Counted from the stretch's first letter, positions 27,986 through 37,962 are shown. The stretch: DNA of 64,000 nucleotides from Nitrosopumilaceae archaeon (GCA_965207375.1 OZ242274.1:352001-416000), one strand, 5' to 3'. Translations and numbers: made by a program. The notes: generated by a model from the sequence alone, not told the origin.

Positions 27986-28060
27986 GGACTCGTTGCACAG
28001 TCTGGATAGTGCAGGCGGCTTCGGACCGCCAGGTCGAGGGATCGAAGCCCTCCGAGCCCT
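27986..28060 (+). tRNA. tRNA-Arg (TCG)
   Basis: GGCGG-CT-TCG-GA-CCGCC anticodon arm, GAGGG-ATCGAAG-CCCTC T arm, acceptor GGACTCG/CGAGCCC with one mismatch. Confidence 0.9.
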
Positions 28061-28091
28061 TTTGCTCAAATTTGTTTTGGCATGAGTATTA

Positions 28092-28583
28092 ATGGCTCAA
28101 ATTATTGCTCAAACTATGAATTTGTCGCTTTTTTGGATTGGCGTACTTTTTACTATATCAGGAATTAGTGCAAGCGCATATTTTTTTGTTGATGCCGAAA
28201 AAACAAGCGAGCCGTTTGCACTAGATACGGCACAGACAAAATCCATCAAAAAGGTTTTGTCAAGCCAGGATATTGGCTTTTTTAAAACGTATACACCTGA
28301 CTTTGAGGGAGGTGCAGTTTTTGTTCAAATAGCGGATCAATATGGAAACATAATTGCAGATAAAAAAATCCAGACAAAAATGGCAATAAATTATTTTGAT
28401 ATTGATAAAAGCGGCACATATACTGTAAAGGCCACAAATTTATCTCAAAATTCAATATACTTTGAGCTTGAGTTTGGCCAGACAAACTCCCAGCAAATTA
28501 TGTATCCGGCAATAGTCATTGTTGCAGGAATGATTCTAGTGATAGTTTCTTCCTATAGGAAACTACAGTACAGCACAGCCTGA
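28092..28583 (+). CDS. Hypothetical membrane protein (TM, beta-rich domain, TM)
   Basis: 163-aa ORF with terminal hydrophobic helices. Confidence 0.7.
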   Translation: MAQIIAQTMNLSLFWIGVLFTISGISASAYFFVDAEKTSEPFALDTAQTKSIKKVLSSQDIGFFKTYTPDFEGGAVFVQIADQYGNIIADKKIQTKMAINYFDIDKSGTYTVKATNLSQNSIYFELEFGQTNSQQIMYPAIVIVAGMILVIVSSYRKLQYSTA

Positions 28584-29162
28584 TGAGAATATCGTGTAAA
28601 TTGGGATGCACATCAATGTTGCACCTAACAGCAGCATCAGATTAAATCCAAGCCATAGGGTGGCAGCAAGAAAGGACACTATGGAAAAAGGCAATAGGTT
28701 TTTTGCAGCGCCGTTTGGAATTTTTTTTAAAATTAAAAATCCTCCTAGTGACGCAAGAACTAGGCCCAATTCCAGTGGCTGATGAGACAGGGACAAAAGG
28801 CCGTCTATGCCAAATATATCATGAGATATAGAATCTGCAAATCCAGATACGATTTGCAATGCGGCACCGATAGCTAGGATTTTCACGCCCAGGCCAAATT
28901 TTTCAAGATCGCTGCTTTTTAAAACAACATATGAGGTCAATCCTGCAATTGCAGACATTGCAACGCCTGCATAAACAACTACGTGCTGTATGGTCCAAAA
29001 CAATTCAGGCTCATTGAGAATGTGTGAAACTGCATCCCAGACTCCTCCTGACAGTACAGTTATCGTGCCAAATACGGACAGCATCGATACTGTAACCATC
29101 AAAGGGTTTGTTTTTGCCGAGATGCTACGGGAGAATTTTTGCCTCATTTGCATTATTTTCAA
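28563..29162 (-). CDS. Polytopic membrane protein with two D-x3-H-x12-H motifs
   Basis: WDAVSHILNEPELFWTIQH and ADSISHDIFGIDGLLSLSH. Confidence 0.8.
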   Translation of the reverse strand: MKIMQMRQKFSRSISAKTNPLMVTVSMLSVFGTITVLSGGVWDAVSHILNEPELFWTIQHVVVYAGVAMSAIAGLTSYVVLKSSDLEKFGLGVKILAIGAALQIVSGFADSISHDIFGIDGLLSLSHQPLELGLVLASLGGFLILKKIPNGAAKNLLPFSIVSFLAATLWLGFNLMLLLGATLMCIPIYTIFSSGCAVL

Positions 29163-29320
29163 ACATTGTAAATTACAAGGTATTTTTCAAAGTAAGGAAT
29201 TGCAACTTTTTACTAGTTGTAAACAAATGATAACCACCTTATGAGGTATGGTGGAGGCAAAAATGTCGTATTCAAAGTGTAAGACTTTGCTATATATTAG
29301 ATGATTTTGAAAACATAGTC

Positions 29321-29563
29321 ATGAGTCCCGGAATAGGCCTGATGAAAAGACGTCTTGAAAAAGAAAAGGATGCAATTGCATTAGCAGTATCAGGCATTAC
29401 AAAAAAATACAATATAAAACCTAAAGAAATTTCAACGCTGGAAACAAGATACCATCAAGACGCAGGAGACTGGTATGTAGCATTAGGATGGGATGAAAAA
29501 AAGGCCATAGTCAAGATGGATTCGGTGCAGGGAACAATCACCGAGGTAAAAGAGATCCAATAG
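29321..29563 (+). CDS. Small hypothetical protein
   Basis: 80-aa ORF with a TATA-like box upstream. Confidence 0.75.
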   Translation: MSPGIGLMKRRLEKEKDAIALAVSGITKKYNIKPKEISTLETRYHQDAGDWYVALGWDEKKAIVKMDSVQGTITEVKEIQ

Positions 29564-29648
29564 GTCAGATAGGTGTTTGAAATTCTGTCACAGTTGGCAG
29601 AATCTTTTATCCATGAGTTTAATTATCAAGGGTTTCAACTAATACCTG

Positions 29649-30296
29649 ATGGGCAAAGCTATTGTCTTGGGAGGCTCTAGGGGGATTGGAAGAGAGATTG
29701 CAGTAGCTATCTCAAAATTAAATTACAATGTAATTGCTGCATCACATTCTGATATCGATACATCAAATATTGAAGATGTTGAAAAGTTTTGCAGGAATAA
29801 TCCCGATACCGATGTTTTAGTGTTAAACACAGGAGGCCCCCCGCCTAAGGAATTTGATGCAGTCAAAAGACAGGATTGGGAAAAATATCACAATCAGCTG
29901 TTTTTGGGATTTGTTACGATACTGCAAAACATCAGGATTAGTGATGATGGATGGATATTTTTGATTAGTTCAAGTGTAATCAAAGAGCCCGATTCAAGAT
30001 TGGTTCTTTCGTGTGCATATAGGGCGGCATTTGTACAGGTCTTTAAGATACTTGGTAAAGATTACGCTAAAAGAAACATCAGTTGCATAAATATCGCCCC
30101 CGGGCCTATCAACACAGATAGGACAAAGGAGCTAATCAAAAACATTAAAGAATACAAGCAGACGCTGCCAATGAAAAGACTAGGTGAACCAAAGGAGATA
30201 GGGGATTTTGTCAAGGCTATAATTCAAAACAACATCAAATATTTGTCAGGAGTCACGATAAATTTTGATGGTGCTAATTCCAGTTATGTATTTTAG
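29649..30296 (+). CDS. Short-chain dehydrogenase/reductase
   Basis: GGSRGIG, LNTGGPP, IAPGPINT and G...FDG motifs. Confidence 0.9.
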   Translation: MGKAIVLGGSRGIGREIAVAISKLNYNVIAASHSDIDTSNIEDVEKFCRNNPDTDVLVLNTGGPPPKEFDAVKRQDWEKYHNQLFLGFVTILQNIRISDDGWIFLISSSVIKEPDSRLVLSCAYRAAFVQVFKILGKDYAKRNISCINIAPGPINTDRTKELIKNIKEYKQTLPMKRLGEPKEIGDFVKAIIQNNIKYLSGVTINFDGANSSYVF

Positions 30297-30395
30297 AGAT
30301 TGTAAAGTTGCCAAAGGCCGGGTACAATCACGTGTAAATTCTTAGGTACAGTTGGTGTTAATCTGCACCCATTGAAAATCCTTTGACTGCAACAT

Positions 30396-30489
30396 CTAAG
30401 CGAAATGTTGCCCAAATCCTTACCCTGTCATTATTGTTCTCTTTGCATTTTGGGATAGATTTTGCCTATTTTGCACACATTTCGTTTAG
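30396..30489. repeat. MITE-like 94-bp element, copy 1
   Basis: 13-bp terminal inverted repeats CTAAGCGAAATGT/ACATTTCGTTTAG (12/13); differs from copy 2 at one position. Confidence 0.85.
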
Positions 30490-30551
30490 CTGATATTTTA
30501 ACAAGACATTAATACATTATTAAGAAATAGTTTACAGAGGGTAAATCAATA

Positions 30552-30788
30552 TTGAAATCTGAGATAAAAATTCTTTGTAATAACCACGAAATCTGCCCAC
30601 AGGTAATGTTGATACTGGGAGATATGGGTTTCACAAACATAAAGGATGTACATGATTCATCTACTTCATTTGATATTTTAGCTAAACATAATTTTAAAGA
30701 TGAAAAAGAAGAAAAGGAGATGATCGAAAGGATCTTTCATGAATGTGAAGGAAAGATTCACCAAGTTACACTTGTTCGAAAAAATTAA
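30552..30788 (+). CDS. Small hypothetical protein between the MITE copies
   Basis: 78-aa AT-rich ORF with a TTG start. Confidence 0.5.
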   Translation: MKSEIKILCNNHEICPQVMLILGDMGFTNIKDVHDSSTSFDILAKHNFKDEKEEKEMIERIFHECEGKIHQVTLVRKN

Positions 30789-31134
30789 ATCATTTTTCAA
30801 ACCCCCAAACACGCGAATTTCAATTATACTAAAGAACAGACGTCTGACTATTGAACAGTGTAAAGATATTCAAAAAATGCTGAAAATAGATGAAGATTTT
30901 ATTATGACAGATACTCAAACAGGATGGACATATTCAAGACATTCACGAAAGATATATGTTGGTGATCCAACAGAATTTAAGAAGAGACTAACAGAATGTG
31001 GTAAAAAATATCCTGACATTGCATTTTTTGCAGATTTTATTTCATTCAAAAATCAATTCTCAAAAATTATTACTAGTGTTCTTATAGCTGTAATTAGTAT
31101 AGTTATCAAATTAATTCTGGATATGTTCTGGTAG
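30739..31134 (+). CDS. Hypothetical protein with a C-terminal TM helix
   Basis: AT-rich ORF; start uncertain. Confidence 0.5.
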   Translation: MNVKERFTKLHLFEKIKSFFKPPNTRISIILKNRRLTIEQCKDIQKMLKIDEDFIMTDTQTGWTYSRHSRKIYVGDPTEFKKRLTECGKKYPDIAFFADFISFKNQFSKIITSVLIAVISIVIKLILDMFW

Positions 31135-31457
31135 ATAACAAATAGGTTGGATTATCTAAGATTTATCTCGAATAGATCTCATCAATTCCTGTGAGTTTTG
31201 CTCAAAATCCACATAATCATGTAACGGTCCATCAAGGGAGGCTGTATCAACATCATATACAACAACAAAAATGGATTCCAATTCTCTTCTACTAGAATCA
31301 TTGCGTTTGATTAGACGACATAGACTATACCACTTGACAATAAGGTTATTGAAAGTAATGTGAACGTCTTCACTAGGTTATGCTCAAAACTATGATGATT
31401 AATCAACATGTATGGATCCCCCGCCAACATCTTTAATGATTCTATCCGTAACTGCAA

Positions 31458-31551
31458 CTAAGCGAAATGTTGCCCAAATCCTTACCCTGTCATTATTGTT
31501 CTCTTTGCATTTTGGGATAGATTTTGCCTATTTTGTACACATTTCGTTTAG
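31458..31551. repeat. MITE-like 94-bp element, copy 2
   Basis: Direct repeat of 30396-30489; preceded by GTAACTGCAA. Confidence 0.85.
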
Positions 31552-31691
31552 CTGTGCAACAAATCCTATACAGTGTACAGTTACATCAGGACATCTTTTG
31601 CTGTGTCATCTAGTTTTTGATATTTTCGTTTTTTTAGAGGCAATAGGGTTTTCTAGATGTCTTTTAAATATAGAATTATTTCTGGTATAGT

Positions 31692-32738
31692 ATGAATACG
31701 GACACGTCACTGCGCACCGTTAGATGGAGCAATAACAAAGTTGTCATGGTTGATCAAACAAAGCTTCCAAACGAGTTGGTATTTGTAGAATATGACAGTT
31801 ATCAACAGGTTGCAGATGCAATACGAACCCTAGTGGTTCGAGGTGCTCCGGCAATTGGAGTTTCTGGTGCCTTTGGCCTAGCATTGGCTGCCCTACAGAG
31901 TACTGCTACAAACAAAGATGAATTAATTTCGGATCTGCAAAAGGCAAAAAAAGTTCTTTATGAGACCCGACCTACTGCTGTAAACCTTGCTTGGGGCCTG
32001 AACCAGATTATGAAGGTGGCAAACTCTGCAGATACCATACAAGATGTAAAAATATCCACAGTAAAGGAGGCAAAAAAAATGGCAGAAGACGACATTGAAA
32101 TTAACAAGTCAATTGGCAAACACGGAGCAGAACTGTTTGAAAACAATGATACCATAATGACTCACTGCAATGCAGGAGCATTGGCAACTGTGGCATATGG
32201 CACAGCGCTTGGAGTGATAAGAGCTACGCGCGAGAGTGGAAAAAATGTCAAGGTAATTGCAACTGAGACAAGACCTGTCCAGCAGGGTTCAAGATTAACA
32301 GCATTTGAATTAAAACAGGATGGTTTTGACACAAGTCTCATTCCTGATACTGCGGTGGGCTATTCTATGGCCAACGGCTTGGTTAATCGAGTTGTGGTTG
32401 GTGCTGACAGGGTTCTACGAACCGGACACGTATTTAACAAAATTGGAACATATCAGGTGGCCACCATGGCAAAACAGCACGACATTCCGTTTTATGTTGC
32501 AGCACCCTTGTCCACATTTGACATGTCAAGTAATCCTCAAGATGTAGTTATCGAGATGCGCAAAGGCTCAGAGGTTACCCAAATAGGTGATAAAAAAACT
32601 GCCCCCGACGACATAACAGTAATCAACCCGGCATTTGATATGACTCCTCCAGAGCTAATTGCAGGAATAATCACAGAAAAAGGCGTGGCCACAGCGCCTT
32701 TTGAGGAAAATATCAAAAAGTTATTCAAAGCTAATTAA
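31692..32738 (+). CDS. mtnA: Methylthioribose-1-phosphate isomerase (eIF2B-like)
   Basis: VRGAPAIG, RPTAVNL, THCNAGALAT, ETRPVQQGSRL and NKIGTY motifs. Confidence 0.92.
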   Translation: MNTDTSLRTVRWSNNKVVMVDQTKLPNELVFVEYDSYQQVADAIRTLVVRGAPAIGVSGAFGLALAALQSTATNKDELISDLQKAKKVLYETRPTAVNLAWGLNQIMKVANSADTIQDVKISTVKEAKKMAEDDIEINKSIGKHGAELFENNDTIMTHCNAGALATVAYGTALGVIRATRESGKNVKVIATETRPVQQGSRLTAFELKQDGFDTSLIPDTAVGYSMANGLVNRVVVGADRVLRTGHVFNKIGTYQVATMAKQHDIPFYVAAPLSTFDMSSNPQDVVIEMRKGSEVTQIGDKKTAPDDITVINPAFDMTPPELIAGIITEKGVATAPFEENIKKLFKAN

Positions 32739-32763
32739 TAAAAAGTTTTTATTGTTTTTATAA

Positions 32764-33417
32764 TTGCCCTACAACGTGAGCACAGTAACTCCAGAGGCAA
32801 TCCAATCTTCTTTAGAACAATGCATGGATCCAGAGGTTCCATTAAACATTGTAGAGATGGGTCTGATTTATGGGATTGACGTCAATACAGCAAATGACGT
32901 CAATATCAAGATGACGATGACGACTCAAGGGTGTCCATTACATGAAACTTTGGTAAAAGATGTGACCAGATATGCAAAAAAGGTTCCAGGCGTAAATTCT
33001 GTAAACGTAGAGATTGTCTGGGATCCTCCTTGGGACATGGAAAAAATGTCTGCAGGTGCTAAAGAAAAGATTAAAAATTTGAGTGCAGACATGAATATAA
33101 CACCTGCACCAATCAACTATGATACTGCAATGCCTCAAGGTGTTGGAAAGCTTGTACAACAACAAGATGGTTCGATGGTTTTAGCTAATGAACACGAACA
33201 GGGATTCATGGTAAATCAAGCCATCATTGATTTTTGGAAATCTTGCAACGGCCAACGCAAAATTACGGATTTGGTAAATATTTTTGCTCAACAAACAGGC
33301 CTACAGCGCAATCAGGTTGAAAGAGAGGTGACGCAGCTTGTTCAACAACTGCGCGAAGGCGGACTGTTAGTAATCCCACAAAAATCAGATGAACCAAATG
33401 TAGATTTTAAGAAATAA
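32764..33417 (+). CDS. DUF59/MIP18 Fe-S assembly domain fused to a PqqD-like domain
   Basis: DPEVPLNIVEMGLIY, MTMTTQGCP and WDPPW; C-terminal FWKSCNGQRKITDLV...LREGGLL. Confidence 0.85.
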   Translation: MPYNVSTVTPEAIQSSLEQCMDPEVPLNIVEMGLIYGIDVNTANDVNIKMTMTTQGCPLHETLVKDVTRYAKKVPGVNSVNVEIVWDPPWDMEKMSAGAKEKIKNLSADMNITPAPINYDTAMPQGVGKLVQQQDGSMVLANEHEQGFMVNQAIIDFWKSCNGQRKITDLVNIFAQQTGLQRNQVEREVTQLVQQLREGGLLVIPQKSDEPNVDFKK

Positions 33418-33457
33418 AGCCGTTTATCTATCCAGATTTTACAAAATTTCTACAGCA

Positions 33458-34318
33458 TCAAGTTTTTTTGCGTTTTAAGATCTTTTCTGCTACACATACT
33501 GCCTGCCTAGTTTGTTCTACATTATGGGTGCGGATGATATCTGCACCGTTTAAAACACATATTGCTTCAGCAGTAACTGATCCAATCACTCGATCGTGTG
33601 GATTTTTGATGTCCAATAGTTTCCCAATAAATGATTTGTTTGAAACAGAAACCAAAAGAGGTTGGTTTTTTAGTTTTTGCAAATTTTGGATGATTTTTAG
33701 ATCTCGCCTGAACCAATCTGAATTAATTTTTGTAAAGAATTTACCGGTTCCAGATTTTCTAAAAAATCCAATGGCCGGATCAAGTATAATATTTTCAGAT
33801 TTTATGCCGGATTTTTTTGCCAATGCGACACTTTGCTTTAGTAGACGTCTAGTTGCAGGTATAGGTTCTCCGCATACAACAGATTTGCTAAATGCGCAAA
33901 GAATTACAGATGGTTGAAATACAGATATGACATTTGTCATTTTTGAGTCATATTTGAGGCCAGAAATATCATTTAAAATGTCAACGCCTAACTCTAATGC
34001 ACATTTTGCCACACCAGCCCTACAGGTATCAACGGAAATTGGAAGGTTTGATACATTTTGAATGACTTTGATGGCAGAGACTATTCGTTCTGATTCGACT
34101 CTTTCAGATACGATAGTTTTAAGATATGGTGCAGTTGACATTGCTCCAACATCAACAATGTCAGCACCTTGCTGTTCCATTTGAAGTACTGCATTTTTGA
34201 TGTTTTGCTTGTCATGTTTGATAGAGTTTTTAAAAAAAGATTCCGGACTTGTGTTTAAAATTCCCATGATTCTTACAGGATTCAAACCCCCTACACGTAC
34301 AGAACCAAGCTTGTTCAC
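33458..34318 (-). CDS. folP: Dihydropteroate synthase
   Basis: IMGILNTSPESF, DVGAMST, SVDT, NDISG, LDPAIGF, SNKSF and RTHNV motifs. Confidence 0.92.
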   Translation of the reverse strand: MNKLGSVRVGGLNPVRIMGILNTSPESFFKNSIKHDKQNIKNAVLQMEQQGADIVDVGAMSTAPYLKTIVSERVESERIVSAIKVIQNVSNLPISVDTCRAGVAKCALELGVDILNDISGLKYDSKMTNVISVFQPSVILCAFSKSVVCGEPIPATRRLLKQSVALAKKSGIKSENIILDPAIGFFRKSGTGKFFTKINSDWFRRDLKIIQNLQKLKNQPLLVSVSNKSFIGKLLDIKNPHDRVIGSVTAEAICVLNGADIIRTHNVEQTRQAVCVAEKILKRKKT

Positions 34319-34343
34319 ATGATTTATGATATACTGATATAAT

Positions 34344-35081
34344 TTGAGTGATATGGCGATTCGAGGCTGGCAACAAAAGTACAAAAAAATACTCAAGAAA
34401 TTTAGATATTTGCAGAGGCGCGATGAGGAATCTGCGCGCCTGCTTGATTCTGTTTTAAGAGACAGCATAAAACCTAGTCATCTAGAGCGACTAATTTTAA
34501 AAAAACCGGTTTTTGTGGTTGGTGCGGGCCCGTCAGTTACAAAATCACTTGCGGTTTTAAAAAAATACAAAAACATAACAAAGATTGCCGCAGACAGCGC
34601 AGTTGTATTTTTGCTAGAAAATAAAATCTATCCAGAGATTGTCGTAACCGATCTAGACGGAGACGAAAAATCCCTGCTAAAGGCTGCAAAAAAAAGCATC
34701 ATGGTAGCACATGCACACGGGGACAATATGGAAAAAATCCACATGGTGAAAAATTTTCCAAAATGCATAGGCACTACACAGTCAAAGCCTGTAGGCAAGA
34801 TCCAAAATTTCGGCGGATTTACAGACGGAGACAGGGCGATATTTTTAGCAAGTCACTTTGGCGCCAAAAAAATAATTTTGCTGGGAATGGATTTTGGACA
34901 AAGGATAGGAAGATATTCTCAAACCAAAAGAGCAGACCGCCTGCTTAAACTAAAAAAGCTCAAAGAGGCCCAAGATCTTACCTCGTGGCTAGCAGAGACT
35001 AATTCAGAGATAGTTTCTACATCTGCAATCAAGGGAGTTGGCAAAATCAGATATGACAATATAGATGACATAATAACCTAG
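34344..35081 (+). CDS. mptE: 6-hydroxymethyl-7,8-dihydropterin pyrophosphokinase (archaeal)
   Basis: VVGAGPS, VTDLDG, HAHGDN and NFGGFTDGDRA motifs. Confidence 0.88.
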   Translation: MSDMAIRGWQQKYKKILKKFRYLQRRDEESARLLDSVLRDSIKPSHLERLILKKPVFVVGAGPSVTKSLAVLKKYKNITKIAADSAVVFLLENKIYPEIVVTDLDGDEKSLLKAAKKSIMVAHAHGDNMEKIHMVKNFPKCIGTTQSKPVGKIQNFGGFTDGDRAIFLASHFGAKKIILLGMDFGQRIGRYSQTKRADRLLKLKKLKEAQDLTSWLAETNSEIVSTSAIKGVGKIRYDNIDDIIT

Positions 35082-35120
35082 AATGCGTTTTAATACTCTA
35101 GCTACATTTGAAAATACTGT

Positions 35121-35675
35121 ATGAATTTCTCAGACGAGCAAATAAAGGATATGATTGAAATCAAAGAGCGCACATTACAAAAAATTGAAAAATATCAAAA
35201 AGAGATTAAGACATTGGAAAAACAGGTAGAAATTTTAGATTCCATAGTTAAACAGTCTAGTTTTACAAAGGCCTCATCACTGCAAAATGAACAAAAATCA
35301 GAATCAGACAGGGACCATACAGGGGAACCCATTCCAATTACTAGAGGAGATCAGGGCCCAGTTATTGCCAATGCCTATATCACGCCTGAACAGGTATCTA
35401 TCATACTTGACGAAACAGTTTCTATTGATGCAAATACGCCTCCGCTTCAGACATTTTTCCTAGACCGGATAATTGGCGAGATGAAGCAAAAAGACGGTAC
35501 AGAGATAGATAAGGGAACCATATCAGGCGAGTCAGTTATTGATTGTATCATAAACAAGAATGGTTCAAGCATTAAAGAGATAATTGTAAGAAATTACCGG
35601 CATAAAGAAAGGGCAGAACAGATCATAAGCACTGCCGGATGGTCACTTAACAGAATGCTTGATAACATAAAGTGA
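35121..35675 (+). CDS. Hypothetical protein with a coiled-coil N-terminus
   Basis: 184-aa ORF 4 bp upstream of guaA. Confidence 0.8.
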   Translation: MNFSDEQIKDMIEIKERTLQKIEKYQKEIKTLEKQVEILDSIVKQSSFTKASSLQNEQKSESDRDHTGEPIPITRGDQGPVIANAYITPEQVSIILDETVSIDANTPPLQTFFLDRIIGEMKQKDGTEIDKGTISGESVIDCIINKNGSSIKEIIVRNYRHKERAEQIISTAGWSLNRMLDNIK

Positions 35676-35679
35676 TACC

Positions 35680-37203
35680 ATGGATAAAATTGTTGTACTA
35701 GATTTTGGTTCGCAGTATAGTCATTTGATTTGCAGGAGAATCAGGGAATTTTCAGTTTATGCAGAGCTTGTTCCCTATAACATTTCGCTAAAAGAGCTAA
35801 ACGCAATGAATCCAAAGGGAGTCATATTTTCTGGAGGTCCATCTAGTGTATACAGCAAGGATGCTCCAATGCCTGAAAACAAAATTTTTGATATGAATTT
35901 GCCGCTGTTAGGAATTTGCTATGGTCATCAGCTAATTGTAAATAATTATGGTGGAAGAGTAAAGCGAGCAAACAGGGAATACGGCTCGTCTCTTCTAACA
36001 ATAGATGACGACTCTGATCTATTAGGAGGAGTTGGAGAATCTGTGAGGGCATGGATGAGTCACGGCGATGAGGCAGAACAAATTCCAGACGGTTTTGAAA
36101 TAATAGGACATACGGCAAGTGCAAAGGCTGCAGCCATTGCAAACCGAGACGCATCAATTTACGGAATACAGTTTCATCCAGAGGTAGTACACACAGAACA
36201 GGGAATTGAAATACTGCGCAATTTTGTGTTAAAGATCTGCAAGGCAGACCAGGATTGGACCATGAAGGGCTTTGTGGATAGCGCAGTTGAGAAAATATCA
36301 AAAATTGATGGAAATGTGCTGTGTGGTGTGAGCGGAGGCATAGATTCTACGGTTGCAGCACTGCTAATTCACAGAGCAATAGGGGACAGGCTCAAGTGTG
36401 TGTTTGTAGATAATGGACTGTTACGCCTAAACGAGGAGCAACAGGTACAAGACATGTTCAAAGATAGTTTTTCGGTAAATTTTACGGCAATAAATGCAAG
36501 GGAGCACTTTTTATCAAAGCTAAAAGGCATCACAGATCCCGAACACAAAAGAAAGATTATCGGAGAGGAGTTTGTTCAAATCTTTACGGATTTTGCAGAA
36601 AAAAACGGTCCGTTTAGGTGGCTTGCCCAAGGAACGCTGTATCCGGATGTAATTGAGAGCGGTGTATCCAAAGGACCTGCAGACGTAATAAAATCACATC
36701 ACAACGTGGGAGGACTTCCAGAATGGTTGAATTTGGAGGTTTTAGAACCGTTACGTGATCTGTACAAAGATGAAGTAAGACAAATTGCAAAAATCCTGCA
36801 AGTATCAGATAAGCTGCTTATGAGACATCCGTTTCCGGGTCCAGGACTAGCAGTCAGAATTATCGGCGAGGTAACTCTAGAAAAGTTGGAGACTTGCAAA
36901 ATTGCAAGTAAAATTGTAGAGGATGAATTACAAAGGGAGGGAGTTTATGACAAGATCTGGCAGGCATATGCTGCAGTAGGTGATGACAAGGCGGTAGGAA
37001 TTGTGGGAGATGAAAGGCGATACGGCAATATAGTAATGGTCAGAGTCGTTGATTCAATTGATGCCATGACTGCAGATTGGACTAGACTCTCACACCAAAT
37101 CCTAGAGCGAATCAGTAACAGAATTACAAATGAAATAGACGATGTCACATGGGTATCTTATGTGATATCAAGCAAGCCGCCTGCAACCATAGAGCCACAG
37201 TGA
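35680..37203 (+). CDS. guaA: GMP synthase (glutamine-hydrolysing)
   Basis: LDFGSQY, GICYG, QFHPEV, SGGIDS, KSHHNVGG and KPPATIE motifs. Confidence 0.97.
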   Translation: MDKIVVLDFGSQYSHLICRRIREFSVYAELVPYNISLKELNAMNPKGVIFSGGPSSVYSKDAPMPENKIFDMNLPLLGICYGHQLIVNNYGGRVKRANREYGSSLLTIDDDSDLLGGVGESVRAWMSHGDEAEQIPDGFEIIGHTASAKAAAIANRDASIYGIQFHPEVVHTEQGIEILRNFVLKICKADQDWTMKGFVDSAVEKISKIDGNVLCGVSGGIDSTVAALLIHRAIGDRLKCVFVDNGLLRLNEEQQVQDMFKDSFSVNFTAINAREHFLSKLKGITDPEHKRKIIGEEFVQIFTDFAEKNGPFRWLAQGTLYPDVIESGVSKGPADVIKSHHNVGGLPEWLNLEVLEPLRDLYKDEVRQIAKILQVSDKLLMRHPFPGPGLAVRIIGEVTLEKLETCKIASKIVEDELQREGVYDKIWQAYAAVGDDKAVGIVGDERRYGNIVMVRVVDSIDAMTADWTRLSHQILERISNRITNEIDDVTWVSYVISSKPPATIEPQ

Positions 37204-37206
37204 AAA

Positions 37207-37308
37207 ATGAGTTTTGGAACAGAGATAAAACATTGTGAAAAATGCGGACAGTTACTAGTCAGAGAAGATACACAGGCACAATGGATTTGTACTAGATGCA
37301 AAAGTTAG
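37207..37308 (+). CDS. 33-aa zinc-ribbon microprotein (absent from the ORF track)
   Basis: MSFGTEIKHCEKCGQLLVREDTQAQWICTRCKS; starts 3 bp after the guaA stop. Confidence 0.65.
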   Translation: MSFGTEIKHCEKCGQLLVREDTQAQWICTRCKS

Positions 37309-37440
37309 GGTAACATATCAACTTTCCAAAATGTTACAGTCATTATACTTTGTGTATCATCACAAAGAATTTCCTTGATAACTATCCACTAGTATAGTAT
37401 CAGAGAATAGTAAAAGCACAATCTCATTCCACACTTCAAA

Positions 37441-37962
37441 TTACACAGAATTTGCAGAAATATTTTTTATTTCAGGATACAATTCTAGTGCACCTATTGC
37501 AATTGTCTGTCCATCCTCGGTAAGATAATATTTATCATCATGAATTGGCATAACATATTCTGCATCTATTAATCGTTGTACAGTACTATCTAGATTCATC
37601 ATAATAGCATATTGAGAGTCTACAGCTTTATTCAAAAATAAATAGACTAAGATCTCTTCTTCATTAGAGATAGTTGGATAATATACTGTTTTAATAATCA
37701 TTTTTTGGATATTTTCTGGAAAGGAAGATAATCCACTTTTTTCCTTCATTGTGATTAACTTGTAACTCTCTGATTCAAATACATCTACTTTATTATCTTT
37801 TAGATATTGTTGAATATTTTGAATGTGAAGAAGAATTTTTTGGACTGTTCTAAAATTCAAATCTGTTTTCTCGGCAAGTCTGTTTTGTGTAAAAGATTCA
37901 CCAGTTTTTAGAATTTCTAGAATTTTTTGGACTGCAGATGGGAAATCGGTACGTGTTTTCAT
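37441..37962 (-). CDS. Winged-helix DNA-binding protein
   Basis: ILEILK..ESFTQNRLAEKTDLNFRTVQK HTH; second wHTH-like end YYLTEDG. Confidence 0.7.
   Translation of the reverse strand: MKTRTDFPSAVQKILEILKTGESFTQNRLAEKTDLNFRTVQKILLHIQNIQQYLKDNKVDVFESESYKLITMKEKSGLSSFPENIQKMIIKTVYYPTISNEEEILVYLFLNKAVDSQYAIMMNLDSTVQRLIDAEYVMPIHDDKYYLTEDGQTIAIGALELYPEIKNISANSV

Noticed and set aside
28563-29162. Calling this gene amoC
   Set aside because: Only the metal-motif spacing matches; the overall sequence and amo gene context are absent
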